Positions 30,929 through 40,583 of a stretch of DNA of 64,000 bases are shown here, in pieces. Source of the stretch: an uncultured Bacilli bacterium. GTDB taxonomy: Bacteria; Bacillota_I; Bacilli_A; RF39; UBA660. The stretch is from NCBI GenBank assembly GCA_947626095.1, contig CANQQV010000001.1:98009-162008 (forward strand), in the 5' to 3' direction. Position 1 is the stretch's first letter. Every line of letters starts with the position of its first letter. The translations under genes were made by a program, and so were the position numbers. The notes below the pieces were generated by a model. It ran no database searches. It had not been told where the DNA came from and worked only from the letters and a program-made list of their open reading frames with translations.

Positions 30929-31002
30929 AGGGGATTAGTTTAATGGTAAAATAGGGGTCTCCAAAACCTTAGATAAGTGTTCGATTCACTTATCCCCTGC
31001 CA
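30929..31002 (+). tRNA. complete ICE-borne tRNA-Trp(CCA)
   Basis: AGGGGAT/ATCCCCT acceptor, CTCCAAA loop, AAGTG-TTCGATT-CACTT T-arm, CCA end; TGCTATAAT promoter at ~30903. Confidence 0.92.
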
Positions 31003-31135
31003 AAACAAGCGTTCGCTTTTTGCAGCGATTTATCATATATTATCTAGTAATCTTTACTAGATTTTTTTATTTTCAAAATGACTTGCAATAATACTTTTTT
31101 AGAGTTAACATCACAACATCAAAGGAGGATTTGTG

Positions 31136-31385
31136 ATGAGTAAAATAGTTGATTACAAAGTTAATTTAGGTTCATTGGTATTATATGAAACACTACTTGC
31201 ACTAGAAGGATCGTTTGAAGGAGGTTTACCCCTGTGCTGTTAGAAAAGAACTTAAAAGATTTATAAAAATTCTAATTGAAAACCTAGAACCTGAAGATTC
31301 TAAATTTAAAGACTATGATTTAGAAGATGTCGAATATTTAAAAAAATATTACTATGAAGATAACCCTAGCCCATTTATAAAATAA
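31136..31385 (+). pseudogene. small gene split by a +1 frameshift at CCCC (31229-31232)
   Basis: GGAGG RBS, ATG; stop at 31241; +1 frame open to 31385. Confidence 0.5.
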
Positions 31386-31513
31386 TAAATGTATATTTCT
31401 ACCCTTTTTTCTTATACTAAATATTGAAAGTGAAAAATATTTTCTAAAAACAATAGATTATATTTATGATTATGCTATAATAGGAATTAATTAAGAAATT
31501 TGGTGATGGTTAA

Positions 31514-31924
31514 ATGGATAAGTTTTCCATGTTAAAAGATAAACTAGAGAAATCAGGCACAGCACCCATTAGTTTCGATTGGATTTTAGATAACACCAAA
31601 GAAAAAAATAACAGCAATGGCTCGTTAAAAGAATTTTGTGATAAATACGAAGTCATAGAAAAAGACAATTGTTGCATGAGACTTTTAGTTGCTAAACAGA
31701 AGTTCCCTGTTAAGGATCTAAAAAGTAATAATAAACTTGATTACAATATGGAGCTATTTTATGTTTTGAAAGTAGTTATAAATAATGAAAGTGATATACT
31801 TGAAATAACTATTGATAAATATAATAATGAAAATGATTCTTATGCAGAATTTGATAAATGGTTAAGCATATTAAATGAAAAAAGTATGGATGAAATATTT
31901 GATTTATTATTATCTATGGTATAG
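31514..31924 (+). CDS. hypothetical ICE cargo protein
   Basis: TGCTATAAT promoter, GGTGA RBS, hairpin after stop. Confidence 0.7.
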   Translation: MDKFSMLKDKLEKSGTAPISFDWILDNTKEKNNSNGSLKEFCDKYEVIEKDNCCMRLLVAKQKFPVKDLKSNNKLDYNMELFYVLKVVINNESDILEITIDKYNNENDSYAEFDKWLSILNEKSMDEIFDLLLSMV

Positions 31925-31974
31925 CGATGAGCTATCTTTTTTTATGCAATCATATTTATAAAGGTCTTATTATC

Positions 31975-32021
31975 TGCTATAATATTTAATGAAACAAATA
32001 GTAATTTATATGAGCAAACAA
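31975..32021 (+). repeat. promoter plus AAATAGTAATTT site, copy 1 (empty)
   Basis: TGCTATAATATTTAATGAAACAAATAGTAATTT|ATATGAGCAAACAA. Confidence 0.75.
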
Positions 32022-32043
32022 TATATTAATTTTACTTTTTTTC

Positions 32044-32076
32044 TGATATAATATTTGGTGAAAAAAATAGTAATTT
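32044..32076 (+). repeat. promoter plus AAATAGTAATTT site, copy 2 (followed by a gene)
   Basis: TGATATAATATTTGGTGAAAAAAATAGTAATTT then GGAGGAGG. Confidence 0.75.
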
Positions 32077-32096
32077 GGAGGAGGAGAAAATACTTA

Positions 32097-32357
32097 ATGA
32101 AAATTGAAATCATAATTTTATCAATGATAGCTATTGTAGTTGTTTTATTAGCTTTATTTAAAATAATAAAATATATAAGAAGTAATTATTCTATTAAACC
32201 TATAAAAATAATTTTATATTTTGTTTTAATGTGTATAGATATCTATGTTTTAGGAGTGATAGACTTTATTGAACATAAACTTTATGGTGTTCTATTTGTA
32301 GTAATCAATGCTTGTTTAATAGCATTCATAAGATATGGCGGAAGAAAAAAACGATAA
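32097..32357 (+). CDS. small 3-TM membrane protein (cassette-like cargo)
   Basis: GGAGG RBS; followed by AAATTACAATTT at 32361-32372. Confidence 0.7.
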   Translation: MKIEIIILSMIAIVVVLLALFKIIKYIRSNYSIKPIKIILYFVLMCIDIYVLGVIDFIEHKLYGVLFVVINACLIAFIRYGGRKKR

Positions 32358-32586
32358 TACAAATTACAATTTGTATGAGTAAACAAAAAAATTATATGTT
32401 AGTCTTTCATATTTTAAAAAAATATAGTATAATTTTAATGTAGTCAAAAATAAATAAGACTACTATTACATATATCGATTTCGAGCAGTATTAGAAAAAG
32501 ATATAAATAAAATTTAAGCAGTATTTAATTAAATGTTTTATTTAGTTGGATACTGCTCTTTTTTTTGCTTTAAGGAGAGAGATGTT

Positions 32587-32865
32587 GTGATAGAAGAAAA
32601 AATTATTGATTGGGATACGGATTTTGGTTATGTAGAAAGTAATTTACAAAGACTTATGGATAAACAAGGAATTACTATCAGCACCATGAGTCATCTAACA
32701 AATATTAAATATGAAATTGTTAAAAAATATTACTATGGGGAAAACTATGCCTTTAATTGTGAAATATTAGCAAAATTTTGTTATATTTTAGATTGCAATA
32801 TCGCTGATATTATCTATTATGTACCATCGAAAGACTTTGTAAATAAAGGCGATTTTAATGATTAG
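32587..32865 (+). CDS. Cro/C1-type HTH regulator
   Basis: LQRLMDKQGIT...LAKFCYILDCNIADII. Confidence 0.8.
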   Translation: MIEEKIIDWDTDFGYVESNLQRLMDKQGITISTMSHLTNIKYEIVKKYYYGENYAFNCEILAKFCYILDCNIADIIYYVPSKDFVNKGDFND

Positions 32866-33078
32866 AAATTGAAAGTAAATTATAACTTATCATATTTTTG
32901 TTTTGCTATTTTAAAAATCAAGGGATAAAATGGTTATAATAAGTCAAAAGTATATGGAAGAAGGACTTATACATATTCCTAGTTCTAGGAATTGACCGAA
33001 AAAAATCGTAGTGATATTATAGGACACAAGTATTAAAAAACGAGAGATATCGTTCTTGTACTTGGGGATGTGGTTACT

Positions 33079-33183
33079 ATGGTTACACAAGAATTAAGAT
33101 CTTTATTTGAATTTTACGAAGGTGTCGAAGTTTCTTCTTCCCCTGTTTTTTATAGCAATGATGACTTAATGAAAGAGAGCTAA
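33079..33183 (+). CDS. possible 34-aa leader peptide
   Basis: GGGGATG upstream; stop lies inside a terminator-like hairpin. Confidence 0.35.
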   Translation: MVTQELRSLFEFYEGVEVSSSPVFYSNDDLMKES

Positions 33184-33237
33184 TAATGTTCAAGGCATTA
33201 CGCTCTCTTTTTCTATTGTTTTGATTTGGAGGGTACT

Positions 33238-33699
33238 ATGAAAAAAAGAAGAACTATGTTTTTAACGGATTTTATTGCTAATCAATATCCTATTGAAAAA
33301 TTTAAAGAAATTATATTTGTCACTTTGGATATTGTCGAGAATTTTCTTTTAACTTTGGAAAGTGGCTTTGACTATAATTCAGTATCTATTGCATCCTATG
33401 GCGAGAAGTATGGATCATCGCAACGAAATACCCATTCTAAAGTAGAAAGTATTTGTATCAAGAATATGCAAACACAAGAAAAAATGACAGAATTTTTAGA
33501 AAGTTATTTTGACGCTTATCGTTCATTAAATCAGGATGAAAAAAATATCTTTGATGCTACTTTTATTGATAAACTAACGGATCTTGAAATTATCGAAAAA
33601 TATAATACCCACTCTAAACAAATTAGGACTGTTAGAAAAAGTGCAATTGTTAGATTCTGCTTACGAGCAGGTTTAGATAAATTTGTAGATAAAATATAA
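33238..33699 (+). CDS. ArpU/RinA-like transcriptional activator
   Basis: SKVE motif plus C-terminal sigma-region-4-like HTH (SLNQDEK...RKSAIVRF). Confidence 0.65.
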   Translation: MKKRRTMFLTDFIANQYPIEKFKEIIFVTLDIVENFLLTLESGFDYNSVSIASYGEKYGSSQRNTHSKVESICIKNMQTQEKMTEFLESYFDAYRSLNQDEKNIFDATFIDKLTDLEIIEKYNTHSKQIRTVRKSAIVRFCLRAGLDKFVDKI

Positions 33700-33793
33700 C
33701 AAAACGAGTTTATAGGGATCTCGTTATCAAAAAACTAAATTATAAAAATAAGGAGGTGAGATATTAGAAACTTGTAATCCATACTACTCTACA

Positions 33794-34573
33794 ATGTTAG
33801 GTAATTTATATAAAGGTGATTGTTTGGAAGTTATGGATTATCTTATTGAGCAAGGTGTGAAAGTTGATGCAATAATCACTGATCCACCTTATGCAGTAAC
33901 TGGTTTTGTTTGGGATCAGATAATTCCCCTTGATGCCATGTGGGATAAACTTACAAAGTTAATTAAGGATGATGGTGCTATTGTTCTTTTTGGGAATGAA
34001 CCATTTAGTAGTAATCTTCGCTTGAGTAATCCTAAACTATATCGTTATGATTGGAAATGGATTAAAACTCAAGTAACAGGATTTCAAAATGCTAAATGTC
34101 AACCACTGCGATGTTATGAAGATATTATGGTGTTTTCTAAAGCAGGAGCTGTAACTTCTGCAAAACCACCCATGAAATATTTTCCTCAAGGTGTTATTCC
34201 TGTAAATGTAAAAGTGACTACAACTCCTGTTAACTATTTAAGGGATAATAAAAAGTTCGATAAAATCAGTTATACTCAAGAAGAAGCCAACTACCCTAGA
34301 AATGTTATACAATTTGCTAGGGAAACGGAATTGTACCATCCAACACAAAAACCTATTGCTCTTATGGAGTATATAATTTCTACCTATACAAAACGAGGTG
34401 ATTTAGTTTTGGATTTTACAAGTGGCAGTGGTTCTACCCTGTTGGCATGTGAGGTTCTTAATCGTAAATGGATTGGGATCGAAATTACAGACAAATATTG
34501 TGAAGTCATAAAAAAAAGAATTCAAAAAGGAATTCAAATGAAAATACAATTTGAGTACGATTGTGATAATTAA
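33794..34573 (+). CDS. orphan N4/N6 DNA methyltransferase, beta class (frame open upstream to ATA 33761)
   Basis: TDPPY, HPTQKP, DFTSGSGS. Confidence 0.9.
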   Translation: MLGNLYKGDCLEVMDYLIEQGVKVDAIITDPPYAVTGFVWDQIIPLDAMWDKLTKLIKDDGAIVLFGNEPFSSNLRLSNPKLYRYDWKWIKTQVTGFQNAKCQPLRCYEDIMVFSKAGAVTSAKPPMKYFPQGVIPVNVKVTTTPVNYLRDNKKFDKISYTQEEANYPRNVIQFARETELYHPTQKPIALMEYIISTYTKRGDLVLDFTSGSGSTLLACEVLNRKWIGIEITDKYCEVIKKRIQKGIQMKIQFEYDCDN

Positions 34574-34590
34574 ATATAGGAGGGATTTTA

Positions 34591-34692
34591 ATAATTAAAC
34601 AAAAAAATAGTCGAAATAACAAGGCACTCGTTTCATTCGACTACTATGATTATAACATTAAAACTGAAAAATTAACAGGAGGTATTGCTTAA
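34591..34692 (+). CDS. 33-aa ORF with ATA start, coupled to next gene
   Basis: GGAGG, 7 nt, ATA; TAATG overlap with 34692. Confidence 0.4.
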   Translation: MIKQKNSRNNKALVSFDYYDYNIKTEKLTGGIA

Positions 34693-34931
34693 TGGAAAGC
34701 ATACTTCAAGATGTACTTAAACTTATAAATGATGCTATGGGATTTTTAAGGTTGTTCGTTATTGGTGGAACAGCTTTTTTTGTTGCAAAAGATTTTGCTC
34801 TTAAAATGGCATCTAGTGATGATAATCAAAAAGCAAGTTATGATCGTAAGATAAAAACAACAATAATCGCAGGTGTTTCGGCACTTGTAACTACTCAATT
34901 TGTAACATGGATTCTAGGATACTTTCAATAA
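34692..34931 (+). CDS. TrbC/VirB2 pilin-like membrane protein
   Basis: 79 aa, two hydrophobic segments, position in transfer operon. Confidence 0.6.
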   Translation: MESILQDVLKLINDAMGFLRLFVIGGTAFFVAKDFALKMASSDDNQKASYDRKIKTTIIAGVSALVTTQFVTWILGYFQ

Positions 34932-35137
34932 TGAAACAAAAGGATTTTAATAAAACAATAAATGAAGTTTTAGATGAAGGTAAAATTGAAAATAAAGATA
35001 TTAAGAATATTGATACTTTAAGATATATTCTTGAAGATAAGAAAAATAAACATCAAAAAAATATTGAATTGAGATGTAATTTGGTAGATCTAATCAATGA
35101 TTTAGACTTCCTGAAACAATATTTAGAAAATAAGTGA
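34931..35137 (+). CDS. hypothetical protein
   Basis: TAATG coupling to upstream gene. Confidence 0.55.
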   Translation: MKQKDFNKTINEVLDEGKIENKDIKNIDTLRYILEDKKNKHQKNIELRCNLVDLINDLDFLKQYLENK

Positions 35138-35190
35138 TTTGACATATTTTTAAATTAGAGCTAACATCACTTTCAAAGAGGTGGTTCTTA

Positions 35191-35829
35191 ATGAAAAAAG
35201 TTTTAATATCTATTTCAATAATACTTTTAGTTTCTATTTCCATAGTTTCTCTTTGGTTATTCACAGGCAAAGAGAAATTAAAAGAAAAAGATAACGATAA
35301 TAATTCTAGTGCAATTCAAGAAAACATAAACGAAGATCTAAATGAAAATGATAGTACCAACTATACTAATAAACCTGATGAGGTCTTAAATGGCGATGCT
35401 ATAACTAATAACAAAGAAACTGAACATCAAAGTTCTAATGATTCAAATAATACTATAAAAAATGATAATTCAAATAATAATGTTGCAAGTAAAAAAGAAG
35501 AAAACAAACAAAGTTCACAAAATAAGCCAAATTCAAATACAACACAATCAAATTCAAAACCTAGTAATAATACCCAACAAGAAAAACCTAAAGTAGAAGA
35601 ACAACCTAAAAGTTGTACTCCTAAAAAGTTTGATATGTCTTTCGTTCGTGCCGATTTTTCTTCTTTCGCAGAATGTACTGCTATGGGTGATAAATATAAA
35701 GCAAACGGATATGGTTATTATTGTGATAGTTATCAAGATGATTGCTTTGATACTTATTATATGTTGACTTTGTATGAGCCAAATACAGGAAAATTGTTTG
35801 ACTATCATACAATTTCGATACCTGAATAG
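35191..35829 (+). CDS. membrane-anchored protein with Asn/Ser-rich linker and Cys-containing C-domain
   Basis: N-terminal TM; TTGACA-17-TAACAT promoter. Confidence 0.7.
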   Translation: MKKVLISISIILLVSISIVSLWLFTGKEKLKEKDNDNNSSAIQENINEDLNENDSTNYTNKPDEVLNGDAITNNKETEHQSSNDSNNTIKNDNSNNNVASKKEENKQSSQNKPNSNTTQSNSKPSNNTQQEKPKVEEQPKSCTPKKFDMSFVRADFSSFAECTAMGDKYKANGYGYYCDSYQDDCFDTYYMLTLYEPNTGKLFDYHTISIPE

Positions 35830-35865
35830 GTATCTTTTTTTTGCAACAATTTAAGGAGGGATATA

Positions 35866-38595
35866 ATGAAAAGTAAATTAAAATATTTATTATTTTTATT
35901 GATGTTTGTTGCTGTTTGCCCTAGTTTAACTGCTCATGCAGAAACTTATAAGGCAGAATTCAACGACAAATATAAATGGATTCCTAATGTTTATGTAAGT
36001 AAGAAAGAGTCTAATGGTCGTGTTCATTATCAACAACTAACAATGATTGCTCGTAAAGGTGATAATCAATTTGTTTATTGTATTGAACCAGGTACTCCAT
36101 TAGATCCTAACGAAACTTATACAGGTCAAGATTACGATCAATCTTATGTCGCAAACATGACCCCTGAACAATGGAAAAGAATTCAATTGTTAGCATATTA
36201 TGGTTATGGTTATAGTGATAGTGAAGTAAATCACGATGATATCAAATGGTATTCAGTAACTCAATTTATGATTTGGAAGACTGTACCACATGGTATGGAT
36301 ATCTATTTTACTGATACCTTAAACGGAAATAAAATTACAAGATATACCGAAGAAATGGAAGAAATGGAAAGATTACTTTCTAACCATTATAAAGTTCCTG
36401 ATTTTGGAGCTACAAGTTTTGATATGGTTGTAGGAAATACATTAAAATTAACTGATTCAAATAATGTAATTTCTAAATATGCTGTACCAAGTAATGATCT
36501 TATCACTGCAAGTAAAAATGGTAATGAATTACATTTAACTGCTAAAGGTGTTGGTGATGCAACTTTAAAATTAACTAAAAAGGATTTAAAATACTCTCAT
36601 CCTACTATTGTTTATGTTAAACCTAATACTCAAGATTTAGTTCAAGTAGGAAGTTATGATCCTGTTGATACAACTATAAATCTTCATATTGTTGGTGGTA
36701 AAATTGCTATCAATAAAGTTGATTATGATACAGGTTTATCAGAGCCAAGAGGCATGGCTACTCTTGAAGGAGCTATCTATGGGGTATATTTAGAAGATGG
36801 TACTTATGTAACTCAAATGGTAACTGATAAAAATGGTCATGCACAAAGTGATTATTTACCAAGTTTAGGTAGATTTTATGTTCAAGAAATCAGCCCAAGT
36901 AAAGGTTATGAACTTGATACAAATAAATATTACTTTGACTTAACTAATGATAATTTAGATCCTGTTCTTCCTGTTCAAGAAAAAGTTATCGAACGAGAAT
37001 ATCAAATAACAAAAGTAGTCGCTACTGATAAAACACAAATTATGACTCCTGAACCTAATGTTCAATTTGGCATCTATGATCATAATAATAAACTTGTTAA
37101 AACTTTAACTACTGATGCTGAAGGAAAAATTACATTTACTCTCCCTTATGGTAAATATACTTTAAGACAATTAACGACTCCAAGTGGCTTTGAAAAGATA
37201 AAAGATTTTAATTTTGAAATTACGGAGTCAGGAGATACTATTAACAAGGTGTTCTCTAATGCAGAAATAACAGCAAGAATTAAAGTTGTTAAAATAGATC
37301 AAGATGGTAATGTTGTCACTAAAGCAGGTATTAAGTTTAAGATAAAGGATCTTTCAACAGGTAAATATGTATGTCAAACTGTTGCTTACCCTAATCAAAA
37401 AACTTACTGCGAATTTGAGACTGATGAAAATGGTATGCTTATAACTCCATACCCTTTAAATTCAGGTGACTATCAACTTGAAGAAGTAGACCAACTTATT
37501 GATGGATATTTATGGAACTCTGAACCATTAAAGTTCTCTATTAATGAAAACTCTGATATTAAAAGTACCAATGACTTTGATGCCATTATGGAAATTAGAT
37601 TTACTAATCAAGAAGTAAAAGGTAAAATTGAAATCCAAAAAACTGGCGAACAAGTCGTAATTGAGGATGGCAAATTCACTTATGTTGAAGTACCACTACC
37701 TAATATTACTTTCGGTTTATATGATGCTGAAGGTAGCTTGATTGATACTTATACTACTGATGAACAAGGTAGAATTGTTATCGAAGATCTTAAATTAGGT
37801 AATTATGTTTTAAAAGAACTTAAAACTGATGATAAATATGTTCTTGATGAAAAAGAATATAACATCGAGTTAAAGTATAAGGATCAATACACAGCTGTTG
37901 TAACTGAAACCTTTACTTTAAAAAATTACTTAAAGAAAGGTACTTTAGATTTTTCTAAAAAGGATCTAACAACTGGTAAAGAAATTCCTAATGTTAAATT
38001 AGAGGTTTATACTGAAAACGATGAGCTTATTTATAGTGGCATTACTGATGAAAATGGTAAAATCACTATCGAAGATTTATTCGTCGGTAAATTCTATATT
38101 GTTGAAACTGAACCTGCTACTGGTTATAAATTAAGTGATGAAAAAGTATATTTTGAAGTTAAGGAAAACGGCGAAATAGTAAAAGCCGAAATGACAAACG
38201 AAAAAATTACAGGATCACTTGAATTTACAAAAGAAGATCTTTCTACTGGTGAGGCACTTCCTAATACTTTAATCGAGGTATATAATGCCGAAACTGATGA
38301 GTTAGTATTTTCTGGTCGTACCGATGAAAACGGAAAGATTATTATTGAAAACTTGGAATATGGTAAATACTATATTTTAGAGAAGGAAGCTCCCGAAGGA
38401 TATAAATTAAATCCTGATAGAATGTATTTTGAAATTCTAGAGGACGGACAAGTTATTAAATCAGTAATGAAAGATGAAATTGTTGATGTTCCTAATACTG
38501 GTATCAATGATTATCATATTATTGATATTATAGGTCTTGTCTTTATCATTGGTGGTATTGGTTTCCTTATTTATGAAAAAACAAAGAAAAAATAA
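35866..38595 (+). CDS. thioester-domain (TED) adhesin with SpaA/CnaB repeats and VPNTG sorting signal
   Basis: Signal peptide; YCIEPG and TQFMIW; TTDxxG and ExxAPxGY repeats; VPNTG-TM-basic tail. Confidence 0.85.
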   Translation: MKSKLKYLLFLLMFVAVCPSLTAHAETYKAEFNDKYKWIPNVYVSKKESNGRVHYQQLTMIARKGDNQFVYCIEPGTPLDPNETYTGQDYDQSYVANMTPEQWKRIQLLAYYGYGYSDSEVNHDDIKWYSVTQFMIWKTVPHGMDIYFTDTLNGNKITRYTEEMEEMERLLSNHYKVPDFGATSFDMVVGNTLKLTDSNNVISKYAVPSNDLITASKNGNELHLTAKGVGDATLKLTKKDLKYSHPTIVYVKPNTQDLVQVGSYDPVDTTINLHIVGGKIAINKVDYDTGLSEPRGMATLEGAIYGVYLEDGTYVTQMVTDKNGHAQSDYLPSLGRFYVQEISPSKGYELDTNKYYFDLTNDNLDPVLPVQEKVIEREYQITKVVATDKTQIMTPEPNVQFGIYDHNNKLVKTLTTDAEGKITFTLPYGKYTLRQLTTPSGFEKIKDFNFEITESGDTINKVFSNAEITARIKVVKIDQDGNVVTKAGIKFKIKDLSTGKYVCQTVAYPNQKTYCEFETDENGMLITPYPLNSGDYQLEEVDQLIDGYLWNSEPLKFSINENSDIKSTNDFDAIMEIRFTNQEVKGKIEIQKTGEQVVIEDGKFTYVEVPLPNITFGLYDAEGSLIDTYTTDEQGRIVIEDLKLGNYVLKELKTDDKYVLDEKEYNIELKYKDQYTAVVTETFTLKNYLKKGTLDFSKKDLTTGKEIPNVKLEVYTENDELIYSGITDENGKITIEDLFVGKFYIVETEPATGYKLSDEKVYFEVKENGEIVKAEMTNEKITGSLEFTKEDLSTGEALPNTLIEVYNAETDELVFSGRTDENGKIIIENLEYGKYYILEKEAPEGYKLNPDRMYFEILEDGQVIKSVMKDEIVDVPNTGINDYHIIDIIGLVFIIGGIGFLIYEKTKKK

Positions 38596-39214
38596 AAATA
38601 ATGGTAAGAGCCGATTCATAGTAATTGGCTCTTTATTTATTTTGTTTGGTGTTTCTATTATTGGCTATCATATATATTCTAATTACAAGTTAGATAAAAT
38701 AGCAGACGATAATATTGAGCAATTTTTTGAAGAAGAAAAAATTATCGATGATCAGCCACAGGAAGAACAATTTGTTGAAGTAGAAAAAAAAGAAGTTAGT
38801 AAAACTAATTATGATTACATTGCTGTAATCGAAATACCTAAAATAAATGTTAAAAGAGGTTTGTCACAAGATAAATATTACAATAATGTTAATAGGAATA
38901 TTGAGATTCTTAAAGGATCTACTATGCCTGATGTTTCACAAGGTAATTTTATGGTTGCTGGTCATTCAGGTACAGCTCGAACTTCCTATTTTAGAAATTT
39001 AGATAAGTTAGTAATTGGGGATCTTACTTATATATATTACAATGGCATTAAATATACTTATAAAGTTAATAATATTTATGATATTGAAAAAACTGGTAAA
39101 GCAACTATTCGTAGGGATTTAAATAAAACTACTCTTACGATGATTACTTGCCGACATAATACCAACAAGCAGATTGTTGTTATTTCCGAGTTAGTTAATA
39201 AAGAAACTTATTAA
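38573..39214 (+). CDS. sortase
   Basis: AGHSG, LTMITC, N-terminal TM. Confidence 0.9.
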   Translation: MKKQRKNKNNGKSRFIVIGSLFILFGVSIIGYHIYSNYKLDKIADDNIEQFFEEEKIIDDQPQEEQFVEVEKKEVSKTNYDYIAVIEIPKINVKRGLSQDKYYNNVNRNIEILKGSTMPDVSQGNFMVAGHSGTARTSYFRNLDKLVIGDLTYIYYNGIKYTYKVNNIYDIEKTGKATIRRDLNKTTLTMITCRHNTNKQIVVISELVNKETY

Positions 39215-39227
39215 GGAGGAGTGATGA

Positions 39228-40583
39228 ATACAAATATTAGCAGTTAATCAAGTCGGACAAAAATGGTATCTTGATATATTAAGGAATGCTTTATGGAGTA
39301 TCGCTAAAGGTATTCTATGGTTTCTTGATGGCTTCTTTGATATCATTGATAAGATTTGGCGATATAAATTTTTTGATAATGATTATGTTAATAAGATTTT
39401 TGGTGGAGCTTTAATAATCGCCTGTTCATGGCTGATTCTTAAAACGATTATTGAATTGATTATGAATTATATAGTCAAAAACGATGGTCGTGGCAGTCCA
39501 CTAACTATTTATCGTGGTGTAATTCTTGCTATTGTAATGATGTTCTTAATCAATCCATTATTTCAATTTGGATATGATTTTTCGACTAAAACAACTGATG
39601 CTGTTATTTCAGTATCAGGTATGAGTGGATCTAGTAGTGCTGAAGGTACAATATCAAAAGCATTAATTAGGGCTATGTCGTATGATGATGAAATGAAAGA
39701 AAGCGATAAAAATTATTTAATAAACAATTGGAAGACCATAGATATAAATTCTACTGAAGGTGGAGTTGTTGGTATTGGTGATGTTTATAAATATTCGCTT
39801 AACTTTTTTATGCTGATAGTTCTCTCAATTGTAACTATCTTTTTATTATTCTTTGTGGCGATTCAGATGGCTAAACGAGTCATGGAAATCGCTCTGATGA
39901 AGATAGTCGGACCTTTCTGCTGTACGAGTCTGACTAACAATCAATCTAAAGCATTTGAAACATGGACTAAAAGTACAATGGGATATTTCCTTATAACTAT
40001 TGTTCAATTCATTTGTATAGGATTATTACTTAATATGTTTGGATCTGCTATTCAAGATAATGGAACTCTAACAGGAATATTCTTAATTATTGGTGCTTTA
40101 TTATTCGTAATAAGTACGCCTACATTAATTAGTTCTCTATTAGGTCAACAATCAGGTATGATGTCTGCCTTTGGCGATATGCAATCATTACTTGCAATTG
40201 GTAGTGGTGTTAATGCAGGGCTTTCTCTTGCTAAAGCAGGATCTATGTCTGCTCTTGGTATGGGAGCTAATGTTGTTAAAGGTGGAGCTAATAAAATATC
40301 AGGAGGCATTTCAAATATGTTTGGTGGACATGGTGGTGGTTCGTTAAATAAAGAACAAATGGCTAATGTTCAAGAAAAATTAGGACAACATAATAGTTAT
40401 GGTGCTAATCAATTAGTAAAACAATATACCCAAGAAAATATGAAGAAAAAACCTACTACTTCATTTACTAATTCTAATCCATATAAAAATCCATTCAGTA
40501 TGCAATATAACCCAATTAGAAATCAGTATATGAGCAATTCAGGACTTGAGGCAAATAGTAATTTTGATAGGAAGTGGTATTAA
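39228..40583 (+). CDS. VirB6/TrbL-like conjugation membrane protein (ATA start proposed)
   Basis: Multi-TM with Gly-rich tail; frame open 76 codons upstream of ORF-track start to ATA 8 nt after GGAGG. Confidence 0.75.
   Translation: MQILAVNQVGQKWYLDILRNALWSIAKGILWFLDGFFDIIDKIWRYKFFDNDYVNKIFGGALIIACSWLILKTIIELIMNYIVKNDGRGSPLTIYRGVILAIVMMFLINPLFQFGYDFSTKTTDAVISVSGMSGSSSAEGTISKALIRAMSYDDEMKESDKNYLINNWKTIDINSTEGGVVGIGDVYKYSLNFFMLIVLSIVTIFLLFFVAIQMAKRVMEIALMKIVGPFCCTSLTNNQSKAFETWTKSTMGYFLITIVQFICIGLLLNMFGSAIQDNGTLTGIFLIIGALLFVISTPTLISSLLGQQSGMMSAFGDMQSLLAIGSGVNAGLSLAKAGSMSALGMGANVVKGGANKISGGISNMFGGHGGGSLNKEQMANVQEKLGQHNSYGANQLVKQYTQENMKKKPTTSFTNSNPYKNPFSMQYNPIRNQYMSNSGLEANSNFDRKWY

Noticed and set aside
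30929-31002. UGA recoding (genetic code 4) or a suppressor tRNA
   Set aside because: The anticodon is CCA, Trp is encoded by TGG, and TGA ends real genes such as int
31473-31513. Fourth cassette site before gene 31514
   Set aside because: Only TGCTATAAT and AAATTT match; no closing 12-mer after the gene
39224-39247. ATG 39224 as the start of the virB6-like gene
   Set aside because: Out of frame and stops after 7 codons; a one-base insertion cannot be excluded, but ATA fits the element-wide pattern
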